Assembly (NCBI GenBank): GCA_964522055.1 | Contig: CAZFUP010000001.1 | Location: forward strand, 8,577 to 72,576 | Source: an uncultured Gammaproteobacteria bacterium | GTDB taxonomy: Bacteria; Patescibacteriota; Patescibacteriia; Patescibacteriales; UBA12465 | Direction: 5' to 3' | Length of the DNA: 64,000 nucleotides | Translations under genes and position numbers: made by a program | Shown: positions 29,734 to 39,091 of the stretch, one piece after another | Numbering within the stretch: position 1 is the first letter of the stretch | How the letters are laid out: each line of letters starts with the position of its first letter | The notes under the pieces: generated by a model | The model's input: only the letters and a program-made list of their open reading frames with translations | Told to the model about the DNA's origin: nothing | Databases searched by the model: none

Positions 29734-30537
29734 ATGAAATTTATTTTAGGAAAAAAATTAAGCATGACCCAGGTCTGGAAAAATGATAAGGTTATGGCTG
29801 TTACTCCGGTTCTAGCCGGCCCTTGTGTTGTTACTCAGGTAAAAACTGCAAACAGTGATGGTTATGAAGCTTTGCAAATAGCTTTTGGAACAAGAAAGGA
29901 AAAGAATATTAATAAACCACAACTAGGTCACTTTAAAGCAGCCGATGTTAAACCAGCTCATGTTAGGGAATTTAGATTGGAAAAAGCTGATAACTTTAAA
30001 ATAGGTGATGTTGTTAGCGTGGAATCTTTTACAGAAGGTGAGACTATAAATGTTAGCGGTGTTTCTAAGGGTAAAGGTTTTCAAGGTGTGGTAAAACGTC
30101 ATGGTTTTCATGGGTTTAGAAAAACCCACGGTAATAAAGATCAAGAAAGAATGCCTGGTTCTATTGGACCTAAAGGTCCAGCTCATGTTTTTAAAGGAAC
30201 TAAGATGGGTGGCCGCATGGGTGGAGAAAAAGTAACAACAACTAATTTAGAAATTGCTTCTATTGATGCAGAAAAAAATATAATTTATGTAAAAGGAGCT
30301 GTTCCAGGAGCAATAAATTCTCTTGTTTCTATTGCTTCCCATGGTGAATTACAAGTTAATTTAAAAGCGACTTCTGTTCCTGAAGAAAAAATTGAAGAAA
30401 AGAAAGAAGAAGTAGTGGAAGTAGAAACAGTAGAAGAAAAAACTGAAGAAAAGAAAGAAGAAGTAGCGGAAGTAAAAGAACCAGAAATAAAAGAAGAAGA
30501 AAAGAAGGAAGATAAAAAAGAAGAAGCGCAAGCTTAA
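29734..30537 (+). CDS. rplC: 50S ribosomal protein L3 with E/K-rich C-terminal extension
   Basis: Core L3 motifs (KGKGFQGVVKRHGF, GSIGPKGPAHVFKGTKMGGRMG); ~55-aa C-terminal tail of EEKKEEV repeats. Confidence 0.9.
   Translation: MKFILGKKLSMTQVWKNDKVMAVTPVLAGPCVVTQVKTANSDGYEALQIAFGTRKEKNINKPQLGHFKAADVKPAHVREFRLEKADNFKIGDVVSVESFTEGETINVSGVSKGKGFQGVVKRHGFHGFRKTHGNKDQERMPGSIGPKGPAHVFKGTKMGGRMGGEKVTTTNLEIASIDAEKNIIYVKGAVPGAINSLVSIASHGELQVNLKATSVPEEKIEEKKEEVVEVETVEEKTEEKKEEVAEVKEPEIKEEEKKEDKKEEAQA
30393..30474 (+). repeat. Near-perfect 31-nt direct repeat (30/31 identical; copies start 51 nt apart) inside the rplC tail-coding region
   Basis: TGAAGAAAAGAAAGAAGAAGTAGTGGAAGTA at 30393-30423 and TGAAGAAAAGAAAGAAGAAGTAGCGGAAGTA at 30444-30474. 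Confidence 0.8.
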
Positions 30538-30561
30538 AAATTAAGTAATTGATTTATCAAT

Positions 30562-31212
30562 ATGTCATTAAAGATAAAAGTTTATAACCAAGCCGTTGAG
30601 CCTCTTAAGGATTTAGAATTATCAGCTAAAATTTTTGGAGTTGAAGTTAATAATGAATTACTTCATCAAGCAGTTATGACCCAAATGGCTGGAAGTCGTC
30701 AGGTCTTAGCACATACTAAAGGCAGAGCTGAGGTTTCTGGTGGCGGAAAAAAACCTTGGAAACAAAAGGGAACTGGACGTGCTCGTGCTGGTAGCAGCCG
30801 TTCTCCAATTTGGATAGGTGGTGGCGTTACTTTTGGTCCAACTAAAGAGCGTAATTTTAAAAAGAAAATAAATCAGAAAATGAAACAAAAAGCCTTGTTT
30901 ATGGCTTTAAGCGATAAGGTGGCAAATCAAGCTTTAGTTGTTTTAGAAAATTTAGATTTTTCAGAATATAAGACTAAGAAGTTTAATGAAATTTTAACTA
31001 AGGTAGAAAAAGAAATTTTAAAAAACGATCGTCGAAATATATTAGTTGTAAATGAATCATCAGAAGAAAAGGCAAAATATTCAGGACGCAATCTTTCTGG
31101 TGTTAAGGTTATTAACTCAGAAAATATAAATCTTTTAGATTTATTGAATTATAAAAATATTTTATTGACGGAAAAGGTTATTACTGACTTATCCGCTCGT
31201 TATCAGAAATAA
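30562..31212 (+). CDS. rplD: 50S ribosomal protein L4
   Basis: RAGSSRSPIWIGGGVTFGP motif; S10 operon position. Confidence 0.9.
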   Translation: MSLKIKVYNQAVEPLKDLELSAKIFGVEVNNELLHQAVMTQMAGSRQVLAHTKGRAEVSGGGKKPWKQKGTGRARAGSSRSPIWIGGGVTFGPTKERNFKKKINQKMKQKALFMALSDKVANQALVVLENLDFSEYKTKKFNEILTKVEKEILKNDRRNILVVNESSEEKAKYSGRNLSGVKVINSENINLLDLLNYKNILLTEKVITDLSARYQK

Positions 31213-31238
31213 TTTTAAATCATTGAGTAAAGAAAAAT

Positions 31239-31700
31239 ATGGCTTTATTTGGCAATAAAAAGAAAGAGGAAACTGCTCCTAAAAATGCTCCTAAAAAAGA
31301 AGCTAAGGTAACAGTTAAATCAGAAGAGGCAGTTAGCATGAAGGACTTGTATACTGAAAGTGGCAGCAAGACTGTTAAGGCGGTTGATAATAAGACAAAA
31401 AAAACAAGTGTTTCAGTTAATATAAATAACATTTTAATTAGACCGCTTGTTACCGAGAAGGCGACTAATTTAAATTCTGCCGGTAAGTATGTTTTTGTAG
31501 TTTCTTTAAAGGCTAATAAAATTGAGATTGCTAAGGCAGTTGAAAGTATTTATGGCATAAAGCCATTGCAGGTTAATTTATCTAATGTAAAAGGGAAGAG
31601 AGTTGCTCGCGGTAGAATACGTGGACAGAGAAGTAATTGGCGCAAGGCAATTATTACCTTACCAGCTGGTAAATCAATTAAGATTTACGAAGGCGTTTAA
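31239..31700 (+). CDS. rplW: 50S ribosomal protein L23 with lysine-rich N-terminal extension
   Basis: LIRPLVTEKATNLNSAGKYVFVVSLKANKIEIAKAVESIYGIKP matches L23; the first ~55 aa are K-rich. Confidence 0.85.
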   Translation: MALFGNKKKEETAPKNAPKKEAKVTVKSEEAVSMKDLYTESGSKTVKAVDNKTKKTSVSVNINNILIRPLVTEKATNLNSAGKYVFVVSLKANKIEIAKAVESIYGIKPLQVNLSNVKGKRVARGRIRGQRSNWRKAIITLPAGKSIKIYEGV

Positions 31701-31726
31701 TTTTCAAGACTATCATTTGAATTTAT

Positions 31727-32566
31727 ATGGGTATTAAAAAAGTAAAAGCAAATACACCGGGCAGACGTCAAGCAACTTTTGACGATTTTAAAGATTTAAG
31801 TAAATCTACACCCGAAAAAAGATTGCTTGTTCCTAAAAAGAAAAGAGGCGGTCGCAACAGCCAAGGAAAAATAACTGTTCGCCATCGTGGTGGCGGAACA
31901 AAGCGTTTTGTTCGTTTAGTAGATTTTAAAAGGGATAAATTTAATATCCCAGCTACTGTTGCTACTATTGAATATGATCCAAATCGTGGTGCTCGTTTAG
32001 CTTTATTAAATTATGCTGATGGTGAAAAAAGATATATCATTGCTCCTTTGGGGGTGAAGGTAGGAGATAAATTAATGAACTCTAAAGAATTAATTGAAAT
32101 TAAACCAGGTAATGCTTTGCCTTTGAAATTTATTCCAGCCGGCATGCCTATTAGTTTAGTTGAACTTGAACCTGGCGAAGGGGCAAAAATTGCTCGTGGT
32201 GCTGGTAATGTTGTTTATGTCATGGGCGTTGAAGGAAAATATGCTCAAGTCAAGATGCCATCAGGTGAAATTCGTAAGATAAAAAAAGAATGTTTGTGCA
32301 CAGTTGGTCAAGCTAGTAATCCTGATAAACGCCATATTTCTCTTGGAAAAGCTGGTCGTACAAGATATCTTGGTTTTCGTCCTACTGTTCGTGGTACAGC
32401 TATGAATCCAGTTGATCATCCTCATGGTGGTGGTGAAGGTAAACAATCTATTGGTTTACGTCATCCTAAGACTCCTTGGGGTAAGCCAGCTCTAGGAGTA
32501 AAGACTAGACGCAAGCATCCTTCAGATAAGTTGATTGTTAAAAGACGTGCTAAGCGTAAGAAATAA
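31727..32566 (+). CDS. rplB: 50S ribosomal protein L2
   Basis: HPHGGGEGK and RHRGGGTKR motifs. Confidence 0.95.
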   Translation: MGIKKVKANTPGRRQATFDDFKDLSKSTPEKRLLVPKKKRGGRNSQGKITVRHRGGGTKRFVRLVDFKRDKFNIPATVATIEYDPNRGARLALLNYADGEKRYIIAPLGVKVGDKLMNSKELIEIKPGNALPLKFIPAGMPISLVELEPGEGAKIARGAGNVVYVMGVEGKYAQVKMPSGEIRKIKKECLCTVGQASNPDKRHISLGKAGRTRYLGFRPTVRGTAMNPVDHPHGGGEGKQSIGLRHPKTPWGKPALGVKTRRKHPSDKLIVKRRAKRKK

Positions 32567-32587
32567 TTTGTAATTAGAAATATAAAT

Positions 32588-32875
32588 ATGTCCAGAAGTT
32601 TAAAAAAAGGACCATACGTAAATTTACGTTTGATTAATAAAATAAAAAATCTAAAACCAGGCGATAAAACAGTTATCAAGGTTTGGGATAGAGCGGCTAC
32701 TATTACCCCAGAAATGGTTGGTTTTACTTTAGGCGTTCACAATGGCAAGACACATGTACCTGTTTATGTAGTTGAAAATATGGTTGGTCATCGTTTAGGT
32801 GAATTTTCTTTAACTCATAAGTTTGTAAGTCATGGTGGAAAGATGGCCAAGTCTCAAGCAGCGGCTAAAAAATAA
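32588..32875 (+). CDS. rpsS: 30S ribosomal protein S19
   Basis: [11 protein letters not shown]...[13 protein letters not shown]. Confidence 0.95.
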   Translation: MSRSLKKGPYVNLRLINKIKNLKPGDKTVIKVWDRAATITPEMVGFTLGVHNGKTHVPVYVVENMVGHRLGEFSLTHKFVSHGGKMAKSQAAAKK

Positions 32876-32887
32876 TTTTTAACATAT

Positions 32888-33430
32888 ATGGAAGTAAAAG
32901 CCAGTTTAAAACATTTAAGGATGTCAGCCCAAAAAACACGTTTGGTTATTGACGTTATTCGCAAGATGCCAGCAGAAGCAGCTCTTGATCAATTGAAATT
33001 TATTAACAAAAAAGCTGCTTTGCCTGTAGCTACCTTAATTCGTAGCGCAATTGCTAACGGCGTTAATACCTATGGCCTAGAAGCTGATAATTTGTATATT
33101 AAAGAAATAAGAGCTGACGAAGGCGTTACTCTAAAACGTTGGATGCCAAGAGCACATGGAAGAGCGACTGCAATCAGAAAAAGAGCTTGTCATATTAATC
33201 TTATTTTGGCAGAAATAAAAGAAAGTGGACATAAGGAGAAGAAGGTTGTAAAGGCAGCTGATCCAGTTAAATTAGAAAAATTAGCCGCTGATGCTAAATC
33301 AGCAAAAACATCTAAGGTTGGTAAAGCAAAAACAGCTGATAAATCTGAAGCACTTGACCCAAGACTAGAAAGTAATAAAACTGAAGGGAAAGGTTTCTCT
33401 GCTAAAATGTTTAGACGTAAGGCTGGTTAA
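32888..33430 (+). CDS. rplV: 50S ribosomal protein L22 with C-terminal K/A-rich extension
   Basis: MEVKASLKHLRMSAQKTRLVIDVIR... core L22; ~60-aa basic tail. Confidence 0.9.
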   Translation: MEVKASLKHLRMSAQKTRLVIDVIRKMPAEAALDQLKFINKKAALPVATLIRSAIANGVNTYGLEADNLYIKEIRADEGVTLKRWMPRAHGRATAIRKRACHINLILAEIKESGHKEKKVVKAADPVKLEKLAADAKSAKTSKVGKAKTADKSEALDPRLESNKTEGKGFSAKMFRRKAG

Positions 33431-33465
33431 TAAATATATTTGGTAAATAAATTTCTTAAATACAT

Positions 33466-34143
33466 ATGGGAAAAAAAGTAAATCCAAAAATACTCCGCAT
33501 GGGCATCACTAAAACGTGGGCATCAGTTTGGTTTGAAAGCGGCGAAAAATATATCAAGAATGTCCGTCAGGATGTTTTGGTGCGCAAATATTTAATTCGT
33601 GAATTCAAAGAAGCCGGAATTGATAGAGTAGAAATAATTCGCAGTTTGAATAAAATTGAGATAACAATTACAACCGCTAAGCCTGGGTTAATAATTGGTC
33701 GTGGTGGCAACGGCGTTGATGAATTGAAAAAGAAATTGCATGATAAATTTTTAAAGAATTTCCGTTTGGGAGAAATTAATTTAAATATCAAAGAAGCTAG
33801 CCGTCCAGGTCTAAGCGCTCAGATTGTTGTTCAATCAATGATAATGGATATTGAAAAAAGAATGCCTTTTAGAAAAGTTATGAAACAGACTATTTCTAAA
33901 GTAGAAAGAGCTGGAGCTTTAGGTGTTAAGGTAGTTGTTGGCGGACGTTTAAATGGTGCTGAAATTGCTCGTAGTGAAAAATTAGTTTCTGGAAAAGTTC
34001 CTTTGCAGACATTGCGTGCTGATATTGATTATGCTCGTGGAGCTGCTCATACTACTTATGGAGCAATTGGAATAAAAGTCTGGATATATAAAGGGGAAGT
34101 TTTTGAAAAAGAAGCCAAGGCAGGCGAAGTGATTACCAATTAA
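33466..34143 (+). CDS. rpsC: 30S ribosomal protein S3
   Basis: KH domain plus S3 C-terminal domain (GIKVWIYKGEV). Confidence 0.95.
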   Translation: MGKKVNPKILRMGITKTWASVWFESGEKYIKNVRQDVLVRKYLIREFKEAGIDRVEIIRSLNKIEITITTAKPGLIIGRGGNGVDELKKKLHDKFLKNFRLGEINLNIKEASRPGLSAQIVVQSMIMDIEKRMPFRKVMKQTISKVERAGALGVKVVVGGRLNGAEIARSEKLVSGKVPLQTLRADIDYARGAAHTTYGAIGIKVWIYKGEVFEKEAKAGEVITN

Positions 34144-34164
34144 AATAAATAAAGTTTTTGTTAT

Positions 34165-34572
34165 ATGTTAATGCCAAAGAAAACTAAATGGAGAAAAGAT
34201 CAGAAAAGACGTCGCGGCGGAAAAGCAACCCGTAATTTAAATATAAGTTTTGGAAGCTATGGGCTTAAAGCTTTGACTCCTTGCTGGGTATCAGCTCGTC
34301 AAATTGAATCAGCTCGTCGTGTGATGACTAAATACGTTAAGAAGACTGGTCGCATTTGGATTAGAATATTTCCTGATAAGCCAGTGACTGCTCACGGTGG
34401 AGAAATTCCTATGGGTAAAGGTAAAGGTGCAGTTGATTATTATGTCGCTATTGTTAAACCGGGCATGGTAATGTTTGAAATGGAAGGAATTGATAAAGAA
34501 ACAGCCAAAAAAGCAATGGAATTAGCTGGCCATAAATTACCAGTTAAATGTCAGTTTATCAGCAAAGAGTAA
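34165..34572 (+). CDS. rplP: 50S ribosomal protein L16
   Basis: MLMPKKTKWRKDQKRRRGG...RIFPDKPVT. Confidence 0.95.
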   Translation: MLMPKKTKWRKDQKRRRGGKATRNLNISFGSYGLKALTPCWVSARQIESARRVMTKYVKKTGRIWIRIFPDKPVTAHGGEIPMGKGKGAVDYYVAIVKPGMVMFEMEGIDKETAKKAMELAGHKLPVKCQFISKE

Positions 34573-34595
34573 TTTATTAGAATGCGAATAAAAAT

Positions 34596-34781
34596 ATGGA
34601 ATTTAAAGATTTAAAAAATAAAGATAAGAAAGAATTACAAGGCCTTTTGCTTTCAAATCGTGAAAAGTTAAGAGAGCTACGTTTTAAAGATTCTAATAAG
34701 CAACTAAAAAATGTTCGCGAAATCAGAGCGATAAAGGTTTTAATTGCTCAGATTCTTACTTTATTAAATAAGCAAAAATAA
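34596..34781 (+). CDS. rpmC: 50S ribosomal protein L29
   Basis: 61 aa helical protein in conserved position between rplP and rpsQ. Confidence 0.85.
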   Translation: MEFKDLKNKDKKELQGLLLSNREKLRELRFKDSNKQLKNVREIRAIKVLIAQILTLLNKQK

Positions 34782-34782
34782 T

Positions 34783-35058
34783 ATGTCCGCTAAAAAAATA
34801 ACTCCTGAAGTTGCAACTGAAAAAAAAGAAGTCATTGTAAAAAAGTTTAATGGTGTAGTTATTAGTGATAAGAGTGATAAGACAGTGGTTGTAAATGTTG
34901 AATCAGTTAAAGTTCACCCTAAATACAAAAAGCGCTATGTTGTTAGCCGTCATTATAAAGTTCATGATGAGAAGAATGAATGTAAGATTGGCGACAAAGT
35001 TGTTTTCATTGAATGTCGTCCTTTAAGTCGTGATAAGCGCTGGCGCATTATTAAATAA
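34783..35058 (+). CDS. rpsQ: 30S ribosomal protein S17
   Basis: GVVISDKSDKTVVVNVE...HPKYKKRY OB-fold S17 pattern. Confidence 0.9.
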   Translation: MSAKKITPEVATEKKEVIVKKFNGVVISDKSDKTVVVNVESVKVHPKYKKRYVVSRHYKVHDEKNECKIGDKVVFIECRPLSRDKRWRIIK

Positions 35059-35082
35059 CAAGAAGGTAGTTGAAATAAATAT

Positions 35083-35457
35083 ATGATTCAAGTCCAAACT
35101 AAATTAAAAGTAGCTGATAATTCTGGAGCCAAAGAAATTATGTGTATCCGTGTTTTAGGCGGGTACAAAAGACGCTATGCTCGTATTGGTGATGTAATCG
35201 TGGCCGCTGTTAAAAGTGCTACTCCTCATGCTGCTATTAAAAAGGGTGACGTGATAAAAGCGGTAGTGGTTCGTACTAAAAAAGAAATTCGCCGTCAAGA
35301 TGGTTCTTATTTACGTTTTAGTGATAATGCAGCAGTTGTAATTAACGACGCTGTAAAGAAAGAACCAAAGGGAACCCGTATTTTTGGTCCAGTTGCTCGT
35401 GAGATAAGAAGAGCTGGATTTATGAAAATTGCTTCTCTAGCTCCAGAAGTTCTATAA
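35083..35457 (+). CDS. rplN: 50S ribosomal protein L14
   Basis: [27 protein letters not shown]. Confidence 0.95.
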   Translation: MIQVQTKLKVADNSGAKEIMCIRVLGGYKRRYARIGDVIVAAVKSATPHAAIKKGDVIKAVVVRTKKEIRRQDGSYLRFSDNAAVVINDAVKKEPKGTRIFGPVAREIRRAGFMKIASLAPEVL

Positions 35458-35476
35458 ATTCAAGACAAATAAAAAT

Positions 35477-35800
35477 ATGAATATCAAAAAGAACGATAAA
35501 GTTGAAATTTTAACAGGAAAAGACAAGGGTAAGACTGGAAAGGTCCTACAAGTCTTAGCTAGTTCAGGGCGCGTTAGCGTTGAAGGCTTGAATTTATTAA
35601 TTAAACATTTACGTCCTAATCGTAGCGGTGAAAAGGGACAGAGAATTGAATTCCCATCTTTTATTAATTTGTCCAATGTCGCTTTAGTCTGTCCTAAATG
35701 TGGTAAAAAAACTCGAGTTTCTTATAAAATAGTGAAAACAGAAGGTGGAAAAGATAAGAAGTTTAGAGTTTGTAAAAAATGCACAGAAACAATTGATTAA
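35477..35800 (+). CDS. rplX: 50S ribosomal protein L24 (KOW domain) carrying a C-terminal CxxC...CxxC zinc-ribbon
   Basis: KKNDKVEILTGKDKGKTGKVLQV KOW motif; C-terminus CPKCGKKTRVSYKIVKTEGGKDKKFRVCKKC. Confidence 0.9.
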   Translation: MNIKKNDKVEILTGKDKGKTGKVLQVLASSGRVSVEGLNLLIKHLRPNRSGEKGQRIEFPSFINLSNVALVCPKCGKKTRVSYKIVKTEGGKDKKFRVCKKCTETID

Positions 35801-35810
35801 TTTTAAAACT

Positions 35811-36356
35811 ATGAGATTAAAAGAGAAATACAAGAAAGAAATCACTAAAGCTCTGGCTGAAAAGTTTTCTTATGACAATAAATTCCTTATCCCTCGTTTA
35901 GAGAAGGTTGTTTTAAATGTTGGTTTCGGCCGTCATTTTAAAGAAAAGGAATATATTGCTAGTGTAGAAAAAGGTTTAACAAAATTAAGCGGTCAAAAAA
36001 TAGTTTTTACAAAAGCAAAAAAATCAATTTCTGCTTTCAAAATTAGAGACGGCTTAGTAATCGGCGCTAAGGTAAGTTTAAGAGGTGATAGAATGTATGA
36101 TTTTGTTGAAAAATTAGTAAATATCACTTTTCCACGTGTTCGTGATTTTCGCGGCATTAGTGAAAAGGCGATTGATAAGACTGGAAATTTGACAGTTGGT
36201 TTTAAAGAATATGTCGCTTTTCCAGAAATTCATATTGAAGACGTTGATCACGTTTTCGGTTTAGAAGTCTGCTTGGTCAGCACGGCTAAAAATAGGGAAG
36301 AAGGTTTAGAGTTTTTCCGTTTATTAGGATTCCCTTTTAAAAAGAACAGCAAATAA
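35811..36356 (+). CDS. rplE: 50S ribosomal protein L5 (start placed at the internal ATG 35811 rather than the overlapping ORF start 35745)
   Basis: MRLKEKYKKEITKALAEKFSYDNKF... typical L5 N-terminus; upstream part of the ORF overlaps rplX. Confidence 0.85.
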   Translation: MRLKEKYKKEITKALAEKFSYDNKFLIPRLEKVVLNVGFGRHFKEKEYIASVEKGLTKLSGQKIVFTKAKKSISAFKIRDGLVIGAKVSLRGDRMYDFVEKLVNITFPRVRDFRGISEKAIDKTGNLTVGFKEYVAFPEIHIEDVDHVFGLEVCLVSTAKNREEGLEFFRLLGFPFKKNSK

Positions 36357-36365
36357 TTTAAATCT

Positions 36366-36551
36366 ATGGCAAGAACTGCATTAATTGTAAAAGCAAGCAG
36401 AAAACCAAAGTTTTCTACTAGAAAGATAAATCGCTGCTGGCGCTGCGGTCGTATTCATGGTTATATCGGCGATTTTAAATTGTGCCGCATTTGCTTCCGG
36501 GAACTCGCTGATAATGGCGACCTTCCAGGAATTACCAAGTCTAGCTGGTAA
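36366..36551 (+). CDS. rpsN: 30S ribosomal protein S14, zinc-binding type Z
   Basis: [20 protein letters not shown] four-Cys motif in a 61-aa protein. Confidence 0.9.
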   Translation: MARTALIVKASRKPKFSTRKINRCWRCGRIHGYIGDFKLCRICFRELADNGDLPGITKSSW

Positions 36552-36593
36552 TAGATTATTTGGTAAATAAGTTATTAAGTATTCACTAAAAAT

Positions 36594-37004
36594 ATGATGG
36601 ATCCCATCGCAGACATGTTCACAAGAATTAGAAACGCTTCAGCTGTTAAAAAAACAGAGATTGTTTTGCCAATGAGCAAATTAAAGTATGAAGTTGCTAA
36701 GATTTTGGAAAAAGAAGCTTTAATTAAAAAAGCAGAAATTGTTCCTGGCGGATTAGCTGGTAAGCATACTAATTTTGATGAACTAAAACTTTATTTGAAA
36801 TATCACAAAAACGGCAAACCGCAGATTAGTTCTATTAAAAAAATTAGTCGACCTGGTTTAAAGATTTATGTTAGTAAAGACGAAATACCAACAGTTTTGA
36901 ATAATTTTGGTATAGCTATCATCTCTACTTCCAAGGGTTTAATGACTAACAAAGAAGCTAAGAAACAAAAAATTGGCGGCGAAGTGCTGGGAGAAATTTA
37001 TTAA
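36594..37004 (+). CDS. rpsH: 30S ribosomal protein S8
   Basis: MMDPIADMFTRIRNA N-terminus. Confidence 0.95.
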   Translation: MMDPIADMFTRIRNASAVKKTEIVLPMSKLKYEVAKILEKEALIKKAEIVPGGLAGKHTNFDELKLYLKYHKNGKPQISSIKKISRPGLKIYVSKDEIPTVLNNFGIAIISTSKGLMTNKEAKKQKIGGEVLGEIY

Positions 37005-37026
37005 ATAATAAGTAAGAATATTTTAT

Positions 37027-37572
37027 ATGTCACGTTTAGGAAAATTGCCAATTAAATTACCAGCTGGAGTACAAGCTACTATTACTGCTAAAGAAATAGT
37101 TTTTAAAGGACCCAAAGGAGAATTCACATTAGCTCAGAACCCTTTAATCGAGGTAAAGTTATTAAATGACGAGATAATCATTACTCCTTTTAATAAGGAG
37201 GCTAGTAATGCTAGCGCTATGTGGGGTCTTGTTTGGAGCTTGGTCCGTAATTCAGTTATCGGTGTTAGTGAAGGATTTAGTAAAAAATTGGAAATAAACG
37301 GAGTTGGTTATAAAGCCAATGTAAGTGGTGATAAACTTAACTTAAGTCTTGGCTATTCTCATCCTATTGAATTTAAATTACCAAAAGGAATAACGGCTAT
37401 TGTTGAAGGAAATAGTATTACCATTAGCGGAATTGATAAATGTTTGGTTGGAGAAATGGCTGCTCAGATTAGAAAATTACGTAAGCCAGAGCCATACAAG
37501 GGCAAAGGTGTTAAATATTCTGATGAAATCATCAGACGTAAAGCCGGTAAATCGGCTGCTAAAGGTAAATAA
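37027..37572 (+). CDS. rplF: 50S ribosomal protein L6
   Basis: MSRLGKLPIKLPAGV... two L6 alpha/beta domains. Confidence 0.95.
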   Translation: MSRLGKLPIKLPAGVQATITAKEIVFKGPKGEFTLAQNPLIEVKLLNDEIIITPFNKEASNASAMWGLVWSLVRNSVIGVSEGFSKKLEINGVGYKANVSGDKLNLSLGYSHPIEFKLPKGITAIVEGNSITISGIDKCLVGEMAAQIRKLRKPEPYKGKGVKYSDEIIRRKAGKSAAKGK

Positions 37573-37599
37573 TTTCAGATTTAAAAGTGATTTAATTAT

Positions 37600-37953
37600 A
37601 TGGATAAAAATAAGGCAAAAAATCAGAAAAATGATCGTCGTCATGCTAAGGTCCGCTCTACTATTTCCGGAACAGCTGATCGTCCTCGTTTGAGCGTTTT
37701 TCGTTCTAATCGTGGTATGTTTATACAGTTAATAGATGATTTAGCAGGAAAGACATTATTGAGCGTTTCTAGTTTGGAGATAAAGACTAAAGCTGCTAAA
37801 ATTGATTTAGCTAAAGAATTAGGTTCTTTGCTAGCTAAAAAAGCTGGGGAGGCAAAAATTAAAAAAGTTGTCTTTGATCGTAGTTCCTATAAATACCATG
37901 GTCGCGTTAAGGCTTTAGCAGAAGGCGCTCGCGAAGGCGGTTTAGAATTTTAA
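37600..37953 (+). CDS. rplR: 50S ribosomal protein L18
   Basis: RPRLSVFRSNRGMFIQLIDD...KVVFDRSSYKYHGRVKALAEGAREGGLEF. Confidence 0.95.
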   Translation: MDKNKAKNQKNDRRHAKVRSTISGTADRPRLSVFRSNRGMFIQLIDDLAGKTLLSVSSLEIKTKAAKIDLAKELGSLLAKKAGEAKIKKVVFDRSSYKYHGRVKALAEGAREGGLEF

Positions 37954-37993
37954 TATTATATTTTTCCTTTGATGGGAAATTAAACATTGCAAT

Positions 37994-38629
37994 ATGTCTG
38001 AGCTTAAAAAAAGTACAAACGAAAATAATCCTGCCGAGGTTTCCAAGAAAGCAGCCGCAACAGTTGCTGGCGATATTTATGGAGAAAGAAAGCCAAAGCA
38101 AAATTCTTCTTTTAGAGGACGTCGTGGCGGCCGTGATGATAAGCCAAAGGATGATATGGAACAGAGAATTCTAGAAATAGCGCGCGTTACTCGTGTTATG
38201 GCTGGTGGTAAGAGAATGAATTTTAGAGCTTGTGTTGCAATTGGTGATAAGAAGGGTAGTGTTGGAATTGGATTAGGTAAGGGAGCTGATGTGACTTTAG
38301 CTGTAAATAAAGCAGTAAACAAAGCTAAAAAAACTTTAATAAAAGTACCGATGGTAAATGAAACTATCCCTCATGAAGTGTATTTAAAAATGGGAGCAGC
38401 TCGCTTACTTTTAAAACCAGCCAAAAAAGGAAGAGGTGTTATTGCTGGAGGGGTTACTCGTGTTATTTTAGAATTAGCTGGCGTTAATAATGTTACCAGT
38501 AAGACACTAGGAACTAAGAATAAGATTAATAATGCTGCTTGCACAATTAAAGCTTTAGATTCATTGAGAAAAGTAGAAACAAAAGAAAAGGCAGAAGTAG
38601 ATAAAAAAGAAAAAGAAGCTAAGAAATAA
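37994..38629 (+). CDS. rpsE: 30S ribosomal protein S5 with N- and C-terminal basic extensions
   Basis: RVTRVMAGGKRMNFRACVAIGDKKGSVGIGLGKGADV core. Confidence 0.9.
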   Translation: MSELKKSTNENNPAEVSKKAAATVAGDIYGERKPKQNSSFRGRRGGRDDKPKDDMEQRILEIARVTRVMAGGKRMNFRACVAIGDKKGSVGIGLGKGADVTLAVNKAVNKAKKTLIKVPMVNETIPHEVYLKMGAARLLLKPAKKGRGVIAGGVTRVILELAGVNNVTSKTLGTKNKINNAACTIKALDSLRKVETKEKAEVDKKEKEAKK

Positions 38630-38666
38630 AAAATAAAAGGGCAATAAATCGAAACATTCAACTTAT

Positions 38667-39080
38667 ATGTTATCACTCAATACTCTTAAAAAAACTAAAG
38701 GATCTTCTAAAAAAATCAAACGTGTCGGTCGCGGTAATGCTTCTGGACATGGTACTTATAGTACTCGTGGTCTTAAAGGGCAAAAATCTCGCTCCGGTGT
38801 TAGTAATTTAAAACGTTTAGGAATGCGTAAACAGTTGTTAGCTATTCCTAAATCACGCGGATTTAAATCTTTAAAACCAAAGAATCAGGCAATAAGCGTT
38901 AGGGTAATTAATAACAATTTTAAAGATGGAGAAATAGTAAACCCAAGTATTTTAGCTGAAAAGAAATTAATTTCTTCAGTTGATAAGCCGGTGAAGATTT
39001 TAGGAAAAGAAAAATTAACAGTTAAGGTTACTTTTGAAAAAGTGCTAATGAGCGAGTCAGTTAAAGAGCAACTTAAATAA
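38667..39080 (+). CDS. rplO: 50S ribosomal protein L15 (follows rpsE directly; no rpmD/L30 gene between)
   Basis: GSSKKIKRVGRGNASGHGTYSTRGLKGQKSRSG. Confidence 0.9.
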   Translation: MLSLNTLKKTKGSSKKIKRVGRGNASGHGTYSTRGLKGQKSRSGVSNLKRLGMRKQLLAIPKSRGFKSLKPKNQAISVRVINNNFKDGEIVNPSILAEKKLISSVDKPVKILGKEKLTVKVTFEKVLMSESVKEQLK

Positions 39081-39091
39081 TTTAGATTTTT

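Noticed and set aside
37400-37693. 97-aa ORF overlapping rplF and rplR in another frame
   Set aside because: Fully embedded within two highly conserved r-protein genes; no support.
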